Positions 57,308 through 64,000 of a DNA stretch of 64,000 bases are shown here, piece after piece (positions within the stretch are counted from its first letter, which is position 1; every line of letters begins with the position of its first letter). The notes under the pieces are model-generated. The model was given only the letters and a program-made list of their open reading frames with translations. It had not been told where the DNA came from and searched no databases. Origin of the DNA: an uncultured archaeon (lineage in GTDB: Archaea > Asgardarchaeota > Thorarchaeia > Thorarchaeales > Thorarchaeaceae); NCBI GenBank assembly GCA_964558645.1, contig CAZLEV010000005.1:32001-96000 (forward strand). The letters are read 5' to 3'. The position numbers and the translations under genes are program-made.

Positions 57308-57802
57308 TCAGGTCATCTCTTCAGGAATCTCAAGACCTAAACTCTTGAGTTTGGCGAAACCCTTGCTGTAGAGGCTCATATGGTGACGTATGTCTTCCTC
57401 AGTGTCCGCGATGGCTTCAAGTGCACCTGCAATGTCGTCAAGTCCTCCAGCCCGGTAGTCATCCATCATCTCGGCAACAATGTCACTCATTCGCAACATT
57501 GCATCCTGTATCACCCCGCTCAGGCTGATCATTGACTGTACCGTCTCACGAGTAGAAGGGTCTGGCATATACGGGAGGAAATCCTCAAGCGCAATGCTTG
57601 CCTGTCTGCAACTCTCAATCCTGCCAGGTATCAGTTCGTCCTGCATCTTCTGCATCCATCCCAGCCGCTCTTCACTGGTCAAATCGCGAAGACTGGCGGG
57701 GGAGAAGTAGGTAGTCCAAGGGCCAAATTCCTCGGTCTCATAGTAGATCCAGTTGTCAAAGGCTGACAGCACTGTCTTCCATCCCACAGACATCTCGGAC
57801 AT
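57308..57802 (-). CDS. Hypothetical helical protein
   Basis: Intact ORF, protein-like. Confidence 0.7.
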   Translation of the reverse strand: MSEMSVGWKTVLSAFDNWIYYETEEFGPWTTYFSPASLRDLTSEERLGWMQKMQDELIPGRIESCRQASIALEDFLPYMPDPSTRETVQSMISLSGVIQDAMLRMSDIVAEMMDDYRAGGLDDIAGALEAIADTEEDIRHHMSLYSKGFAKLKSLGLEIPEEMT

Positions 57803-57844
57803 TTTTGTTCACATACTGGTATTTGCTTCATGTTTTAAAGTAAC

Positions 57845-58534
57845 GTGGAGGACATGGGTTATGACATGAACGACACAATTCAGCACATCCTTGGGCTGTT
57901 AAAGGAGAGTAAGGACCGAGATGTAGTCCTCCTTGCAGATACTGTAGATATGAGGTTGCTCCGAGAGCTAGGTATGAGAGATTTTGACGATGGACAGTGG
58001 ACCGTTACAAGGGAAGAGCGGATTGACCTCGCCGCGACAGCGGTCTCACATGGTATCGATGTGGAGAGAGTTGTGAAACTGATGAGTTGGAAAGACTTCG
58101 AGGGTTTCGTGGGGAGGGTCTTGGACGAGAATGGCTACATATATGCAGAGAGCTTCAGGAAGAGGGGAACTGACGAGACCGAAGGGATGGAGATCGATGT
58201 CGTAGGAGTGAAGGGGAACAGAATCCTCTCGTTGGATGCGAAGATGTGGGGAGACCGGTCAGGCAAGACATCAGCGCTTGCAGCTGCAGCAGAGAAACAG
58301 GCAACACGAACCAGCAAACTGGGGACCGAACTGGAGCGGCTTCAGAAGAAGATTGGAGTCTTGAGACCGGGTGAATACAATCTCTTACCTGCAATCGTGA
58401 CCTGGCTTGTTGAAGATATTCAGTTTCATGAGGGAGTGCCTATCGTACCGATATTCAAGCTCAATGCATTCCTTCTCGAGCTTGACAGGTTCACCCATTC
58501 CATGATAGGCTACAAGATCAAGGTGGATTCATAG
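57845..58534 (+). CDS. PD-(D/E)xK nuclease-fold protein (Mrr/NERD-like)
   Basis: SWKDFEGFV..L...GY, EIDVV, DAK. Confidence 0.8.
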   Translation: MEDMGYDMNDTIQHILGLLKESKDRDVVLLADTVDMRLLRELGMRDFDDGQWTVTREERIDLAATAVSHGIDVERVVKLMSWKDFEGFVGRVLDENGYIYAESFRKRGTDETEGMEIDVVGVKGNRILSLDAKMWGDRSGKTSALAAAAEKQATRTSKLGTELERLQKKIGVLRPGEYNLLPAIVTWLVEDIQFHEGVPIVPIFKLNAFLLELDRFTHSMIGYKIKVDS

Positions 58535-59557
58535 TTTCAGTGTTTCTTTCGTCTTCTCGGGAAGAAGCAGCGTATTCTTTACCGTATCCAGTAGAAGCAC
58601 GGTGACCAACGTGTCAATCTCTGCTTCAAGTCCCTCTCTCATAGAAGGGTAGCTATAGAGATTTCGCTTCGTGGCCTCTGCCAATGATTCCACACGTTTC
58701 TCAGGACAATCAGGAAGCTCCTTTTCGAGTGCAGAAGCATCATGTGCAAGTCGCTTGATTACCGTGCCCAATATCGGGTCATTGACCGACTCTGCGGTCA
58801 TGCATGCCTTCCCAGCACCACAGGCCGGACCATCACAGTCAAAGCTACCATGAGCAAATATCAGCACGCTCCTATCTTGAGGAGTCCCTTCCAGCCAGAC
58901 TTCAAAGAAGGAGTCCAACTGCTGGGTCTCATCGGGTCTACCGCTGTACTGTGGGATGTGCCCACCGAGCGACTCGATAGCCATGGGCAGTCCTTCTGGT
59001 GTGGGAGGCGGCTCGACACGAGAGTCAGAGCAGACTGTCGCCAATACCTTCGGATCGATGTTTCTTGGCCGCTTCGTTTTGGCAGCAAGATCGGCCTCCA
59101 ACGAGAGGTCGCGGAGACCATCGTGGTCCAAAGCCTCAACCACTCCCCTGGTATAGTCAGCACTGAAACAAACAATGGGGATATTCTGAGCACCCGGATG
59201 GCGGACGAGGTTCCTCACGGACTCGTCACAGATTGACGGGTCTTCATTCTTGTCAAATGTCATGATGATGGCACGATGACGCGGAAAACCGCTGTTATAG
59301 GCAACAGGTCCACCGTAAAGGAACAGGGAGTCCTCCACGGGAAGAAGGGGAAATCCAGGAACTCGCGTTCCATGGAATGCGTCGCCCTGCAAAAGGGAGA
59401 GAAGTTCCAGGTCCTGCAGGCTGTGAGTGATGGGAGATATCAGCATATACTCGGGCGACTGGCCTCGTCTAGCAGTGTTCATCCTACGGACCAGTTCTGG
59501 ATCAGACAGTTTCTTCTGCAACTCTCGGTCTGCTATGGCCAGAACCTCGTTAATCAC
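58529..59557 (-). CDS. Beta-carbonic-anhydrase-like protein with degenerate N-terminal repeat
   Basis: CSDSRV, H...CGA; N-terminal GQSPEY. Confidence 0.55.
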   Translation of the reverse strand: MINEVLAIADRELQKKLSDPELVRRMNTARRGQSPEYMLISPITHSLQDLELLSLLQGDAFHGTRVPGFPLLPVEDSLFLYGGPVAYNSGFPRHRAIIMTFDKNEDPSICDESVRNLVRHPGAQNIPIVCFSADYTRGVVEALDHDGLRDLSLEADLAAKTKRPRNIDPKVLATVCSDSRVEPPPTPEGLPMAIESLGGHIPQYSGRPDETQQLDSFFEVWLEGTPQDRSVLIFAHGSFDCDGPACGAGKACMTAESVNDPILGTVIKRLAHDASALEKELPDCPEKRVESLAEATKRNLYSYPSMREGLEAEIDTLVTVLLLDTVKNTLLLPEKTKETLKL

Positions 59558-59675
59558 AACTCTACACCAAGATGCACGCATACAGTGCCTGACTTAACCG
59601 TTACGCCTCAGCAACATGTTCTTATGCTCCGTCTTGAGTGAGACCTCAGATTAGAGCACCACAGAGTGATGAACA

Positions 59676-60563
59676 ATGTTCCTGGGTATCAGCTATCATG
59701 AGAACATCAACAACTGGGCAACTAAGACTTTGTTGGAGGCGATGAAGGCCAAAGGTCATGATGTCTTGGCATTCAGGCTGCCGGATGTGGCTGCGGAGAT
59801 ACCCAACAAGTTCACTCATCTCGAAGACGAAGACATAACGCACATGGATGGGTTGATTGTTCGCACGGTAGGATTCGGAACAGGGGACCAGATAACTTTC
59901 CGCATCAGCCTCTTGGAGCACTTTGAGGACGCGGGCATCTACGTGATGAACCCAGCTTACTCCTTCAGAAGAGCCAAGGACAAGTATGCAACACTTACTA
60001 CTCTCAATAAGGCGGGTATCAGGGTACCGAAGACGTACATCGGCGAGAACCTAGAGGCGGCCATTGAGTTCGTGGAAGAAGTTGGAGATGTTGTTATCAA
60101 GCCGTTGATAGGTGCTAGAGGACTGGGAGCGATAAGGGCTCAACAAGAAGAGCTCACGTATCGTGCAATGAAGTTCATTCATCAGCTCGGGCAGGTCTTG
60201 TATGTACAAGAGATGATTGAGAAACCTGACCGAGATATTCGCGCGTTTGTGATAGGGGATCAAATGGTTGGCGCGATGTATCGGTATCTCCCTGAGGGGG
60301 CTGAAGATGAATGGCGAACCAACGTTCATGGTGGCGGACGCGCAGAAGTGGCAGACCTCGATGATGAATACATCGAGTGCGCAATCAAGACTGCCAAAGT
60401 GATGAAACTGGACTACACTGGTGTAGACATCATAGAATCACCTGATGGTCCATGTGTCATAGAAGCAAACGCAGCCCCTTCATGGAGTGCGCTATCGAGA
60501 GTCACAGACTTGGATGTGGCCTCGATGATTGTGGACAGATTGGTTGACCGGTGCAAGAGATGA
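59676..60563 (+). CDS. RimK-family ATP-grasp alpha-L-glutamate ligase
   Basis: DKY, VPKT, KPL.G.RG.G, QEMI, DIR, WRTNV, GVDI, EAN..P. Confidence 0.92.
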   Translation: MFLGISYHENINNWATKTLLEAMKAKGHDVLAFRLPDVAAEIPNKFTHLEDEDITHMDGLIVRTVGFGTGDQITFRISLLEHFEDAGIYVMNPAYSFRRAKDKYATLTTLNKAGIRVPKTYIGENLEAAIEFVEEVGDVVIKPLIGARGLGAIRAQQEELTYRAMKFIHQLGQVLYVQEMIEKPDRDIRAFVIGDQMVGAMYRYLPEGAEDEWRTNVHGGGRAEVADLDDEYIECAIKTAKVMKLDYTGVDIIESPDGPCVIEANAAPSWSALSRVTDLDVASMIVDRLVDRCKR

Positions 60564-60586
60564 TTCTACTCCATCTCTACAAGGTT

Positions 60587-61342
60587 CTATTCTGTCTTCT
60601 TGGCAGCTGCCTCGACTTTCTTGACAAGGGCATCTACCTCATCGTCTGACAGAATGCGGAATCTCATCTCTTCAGAGTCAATCATTCCAACTTCGATCTG
60701 TGTACCCGAGTCTTCGTCAGAAGCGGAGCGGTCACCTGAAGCCTTCCTTATACCTGCCAGAGCAAGGTCAACAGCTTGATCTAGCTTGATTTTCTTCTTG
60801 TACTTGTCTTTGAAGAAATCGCGAACCATATCAGAGTCCTTGCCAATGGCTGTCGCCTTCCAGCCCCAAAATGACCCTGAGGGGTCGGTAGTGTATAGTT
60901 GTGGCCCGCTCTCGTCTATACCACCAACAATCAATGAAACGCCAAATGGCCTGACACCACCATACTGCGTGTGAAGCTGTTTGGTGTCACAGATGTCAAC
61001 AACGAGTGAATGAATCGATATAGGTTCATCATAACTCAAGCGATTGACTTGAGCCTGTACACGTGCCTGGTCAATGAGTTTTCTCGCGTCGGCATGCAGC
61101 CCTGCAATTCCTGTACCGACGTGGTCATCAATGATGAGGATTTTCTTCAGCGTGTCCAAATCAACCAGTGAATGGGGGGATCGCTTCTCGCCCGCGAGTA
61201 CAACTCCGTCTACAGCCTTCACACCAACAGCAAGAGGACCGTGCCGCACTGCCTCTGTTGCATATTCGACTTGGTAGAGTCGACCCTCAGGACTGAAAAC
61301 TGTGATTGCCCTATCGTAACCCATACTCTGTTGTGGAAACAT
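60587..61342 (-). CDS. psmA: Proteasome subunit alpha
   Basis: YDRAITVFSPEGRLYQVEYA, GVRPFGVS, TDPSG. Confidence 0.97.
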   Translation of the reverse strand: MFPQQSMGYDRAITVFSPEGRLYQVEYATEAVRHGPLAVGVKAVDGVVLAGEKRSPHSLVDLDTLKKILIIDDHVGTGIAGLHADARKLIDQARVQAQVNRLSYDEPISIHSLVVDICDTKQLHTQYGGVRPFGVSLIVGGIDESGPQLYTTDPSGSFWGWKATAIGKDSDMVRDFFKDKYKKKIKLDQAVDLALAGIRKASGDRSASDEDSGTQIEVGMIDSEEMRFRILSDDEVDALVKKVEAAAKKTE

Positions 61343-61453
61343 GCTTAGATATCACTCCAAGAGTGTCTAGCCTTCTGGCTGACTTGGTCAAAGAAACGAC
61401 AAGTGCAGGCAGTTTAAAAGGTTGTCTGTGTGTTTGTTTGACAGTTTGGAGTT

Positions 61454-62149
61454 CTATCGCCACTCCAGTCTCACATCAATTCCAGAGGGTGCCGAAGACA
61501 CAACCGAATCGAGCTCTTCCACATCGGGAGCTGTGAAGTCTTTGACCTCTTCAGGTCGAGTGCCATCAGAAGCCCGGTAGTTCTGGACCAGGTATGTCCC
61601 CTCGAAGCCCATGAATGAGAGTGTTTCCATAATGCCTGCAATGTCTTCGGGGGTCATGAGTGTGCCAACGTAAGTTGTTCGAGGCCAGAATGCCACGTCT
61701 GAGTCCATGAGCATTGTGATGCTTTTCTTCACCCTTGGCCACGGGTCCCCTCTGGTTCGGGCAATGGCCCGATACTTCTGAGGTATGGTCTTGAAATCAA
61801 GCCACACCGAATCCAGATAGGGCAAAGATCTCTCAAGGACAGTCGGAACTGAACCCTGAGTATTGAGGTTGATATGCTTGTCGGGATCCAGTGCCAGAAT
61901 CTTGAGCAGGTCAGGTAGATCCTTGTATACAGTTGGCTCTCCTCCCGTTATACAGTACCCGTCTGTCAGGTGCCCTTGAGCCTCGACAGCAATCTGTTCG
62001 GGAGTTCGCTCAATACCGGAGTCAAGGGGTATGAGCTCTGCATTCTGGCAGTATGGACAGTCAAAATTGCATCCTGCAGTGAAGATGACCGTAACCGGGA
62101 TATCGGGAACATCTACCAGGCTAATGTCTATCACTGTCCCCAGTCTCAT
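61454..62149 (-). CDS. Anaerobic RNR activase-like radical SAM (NrdG/PflA family)
   Basis: GCNFDCPYCQN, TGGEPT, LNTQG, LDFK, RTT. Confidence 0.88.
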   Translation of the reverse strand: MRLGTVIDISLVDVPDIPVTVIFTAGCNFDCPYCQNAELIPLDSGIERTPEQIAVEAQGHLTDGYCITGGEPTVYKDLPDLLKILALDPDKHINLNTQGSVPTVLERSLPYLDSVWLDFKTIPQKYRAIARTRGDPWPRVKKSITMLMDSDVAFWPRTTYVGTLMTPEDIAGIMETLSFMGFEGTYLVQNYRASDGTRPEEVKDFTAPDVEELDSVVSSAPSGIDVRLEWR

Positions 62150-62385
62150 AGAATCAACACCCGCTACTGGATGCTGTATCTGATGGCATTTATTTCGCGT
62201 GGTATGGTCGAGCAATCTAACCTCTCAGTAGTGGTATATTCCGAGTCTTGGGTTTGTTAGTGCTAGAGTTGTGTAGTATCTCGGTCTTCCTACTGGTCAC
62301 CATATGAGGAAACGCCTCGGAACGCCAACATATGAGTAGTAACTCATAGGAGATATTCGGTCAATCTTACTAGAATACTTAACTA

Positions 62386-62688
62386 ATGCCCTCGAGGTAT
62401 CCTTGGTTGGGACCGGAAATGGAAAGTGCTGCCATAAACAGAGACCAGATTCTCAAGAGTACCTTGTTTCACATCCAGATTAAACGATGCGAATACATCG
62501 ATGATTTCCCAGAGGCTGTCACATCGATCTTCCAGAAGATGATTGATGAGAATGGCATTAAGGACTACAAGGATATGAAACGCAGACTGTACCGAATCGA
62601 TACCAACTTCTTCAAGATCAACCAGGACAAGGTGAAGAAGAAGGGCTTCTTTGAGAGCCTTTATGATAGGATAGCCAAAGCGGTCTAG
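62386..62688 (+). CDS. Hypothetical protein (start possibly 62419)
   Basis: Intact ORF; C-terminal KKKGFFESL amphipathic tail. Confidence 0.6.
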   Translation: MPSRYPWLGPEMESAAINRDQILKSTLFHIQIKRCEYIDDFPEAVTSIFQKMIDENGIKDYKDMKRRLYRIDTNFFKINQDKVKKKGFFESLYDRIAKAV

Positions 62689-62880
62689 ATAGGATATCCT
62701 ATACCCCTCTTGCTCATTTGGTGCAAGGCTTTGATCTGCTAGCTCTGACGCCAGTTGTGGAGCAAATCAGAATCCACATGGAAGTTGTTCAGCAAAAGCA
62801 TAGTGCTGTCATGGGAAAACAGCAAGACTAAACTCATACCCCTGCTCTCACCAGGTTGCATCCCGCGGAGTGTTCTCTCT

Positions 62881-64000
62881 GTGCAAAGCCATTTGGTAGT
62901 ATTCGAACCTGAAGGACTCAGATTGTCTGTCCAAGATGGAACCACCGTGCTTGAAGCAGCAAGGCAAGCAGGGCTTCAAGTGGAATCACAGTGTGGTGGA
63001 AGGGGAACCTGTGGCAAATGCAGAGTATTCCTCAACCCAGCTGATAACCCAAGTGATGCAGAGGCCTCCATGCTGAGCAGACAGGAACTGGCACAAGGCA
63101 TGCGACTGGCATGCATCCAAGAGATACACAGTGATATGCGCATCGTGTTTCCCCAGGCGCTTGAGAAAGCCAAGATACTCACAGAGTCCGCCGGATGGGA
63201 TGCCCATGGAGTCCGACCAGATGGAGCCCGAGGGGAGTATGGTATCGCCATTGACTTGGGAACAACCACTGTCGTCTGTTATCTCGTGGATCTCCACGAA
63301 GGCACCCAGCTCGGACAGATGGCTTGCCTCAATCCTCAGATAATCTATGGCGAGGACGTGATGTCGAGGATAACCTACTCTCTCGAGAATGATGACGGGG
63401 GATGGCAACTTCAACAGCGAATCACCAAGAGAATAGACCAGATGATTGGAGACCTCTGCCGCGAGGCCTCTGTGGTGCCCCAGTCTGTGACCCGACTCAC
63501 AGTAGTTGGGAACACTGCGATGCATCATCTCTTCTTGGGGATAGACACCAAGACTCTAGGATTCTCACCCTATGTACCTGCAGTCTATGATGCCATGCAG
63601 ACGTCTGCCTTGGAGCTGGGAATCACAACACTCGATGCGGCAAGTGTGTACTGCCCCCCGAACATTGCAGGTTTCGTTGGCGGAGACACCGTATCGTTCA
63701 TTCTCTCCCAGAGATTCGACCAGAATGAAGGACACGTAGTCGGCATCGATATTGGCACCAACGGAGAGATCGTGATTGTGGATGAGGGGGACATCTACTG
63801 CTGTTCTGCAGCTGCCGGGTCCGCGTTCGAGGGAGCCACCATACATCAGGGAATGAGAGGACAGGAGGGAGCCATTGAATACGTCAAAATCAGGAATGCT
63901 GACGAGGCTCCTGAGATAGCAACAATTGGACGAACGAGTCCGCGGGGAATCTGTGGGTCAGCAATCGTGGACCTGGTGGCAGAGATGAGACTTACCTCGT
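62881..64000 (+). CDS. Corrinoid reductive activator RACo-like (2Fe-2S plus ASKHA), 3'-truncated; not in ORF track
   Basis: Manual translation from GTG 62881: CGGRGTCGKC, RLAC, AIDLGTTT, NPQ..YG.DV.SRI, GFVGGD, DIGTNGE, AAGSAFEG, GICGS. Confidence 0.92.
   Translation, partial: MQSHLVVFEPEGLRLSVQDGTTVLEAARQAGLQVESQCGGRGTCGKCRVFLNPADNPSDAEASMLSRQELAQGMRLACIQEIHSDMRIVFPQALEKAKILTESAGWDAHGVRPDGARGEYGIAIDLGTTTVVCYLVDLHEGTQLGQMACLNPQIIYGEDVMSRITYSLENDDGGWQLQQRITKRIDQMIGDLCREASVVPQSVTRLTVVGNTAMHHLFLGIDTKTLGFSPYVPAVYDAMQTSALELGITTLDAASVYCPPNIAGFVGGDTVSFILSQRFDQNEGHVVGIDIGTNGEIVIVDEGDIYCCSAAAGSAFEGATIHQGMRGQEGAIEYVKIRNADEAPEIATIGRTSPRGICGSAIVDLVAEMRLTS

Noticed and set aside
57845-58534. PD-(D/E)xK protein as a defence system
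   Set aside because: A solitary gene in a housekeeping context with no methylase or defence partners.
60552-60563. RimK-like gene ends C-K-R-TGA (apparent CxxU)
   Set aside because: The protein is already full length, no SECIS follows, and readthrough would run antisense into psmA.
1-64000. CRISPR arrays, tRNA/rRNA, IS elements, integrases
   Set aside because: No repeat-spacer arrays, cloverleafs or transposase/integrase motifs seen by eye; a tRNAscan-SE/Infernal run would be decisive.

Overview
Gene-dense archaeal chromosomal DNA of roughly 50% GC. It is most likely Asgard, probably Thorarchaeia-like; this is inferred from the archaeal housekeeping genes plus longin-like, Rab-like, CIA2-like and WH2-motif proteins and a eukaryote-type SECIS. 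I saw no rRNA, tRNA, CRISPR or mobile element. Contents: housekeeping genes (proteasome alpha, PAC2, TatD, PDCD5, RsmB/NOP2, DTD2, RimI, NrdG-like, RimK-like), a glycerol/ether-lipid cluster (FGGY kinase, glpABC, AGPS-like FAD oxidase, Fe-S protein, radical SAM, GNAT, ALDH), a beta-oxidation/acetate cluster (2 crotonases, thiolase plus DUF35, HAD, SCP2, ADP-forming acetate-CoA ligase) and many coiled-coil unknowns. Main finding: the ORF called at 55985 extends upstream through an in-frame TGA in a CxxU motif (CMS-U, 55916-55927). Its own stop codon lies inside a eukaryote-like SECIS hairpin (56653-56690), pointing to a selenoprotein of a family I do not recognise. A second candidate is a C-U-C N-terminal extension of the radical SAM gene (17365-17324). 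Other highlights: a WH2-like motif in a TPR-like protein, a P-loop-dead Rab-like protein next to an acidic polyproline protein, a 1.3-kaa TrmB with a giant coiled-coil insert, a CdrS-like RHH gene missing from the ORF track, and a probable ATA start codon.
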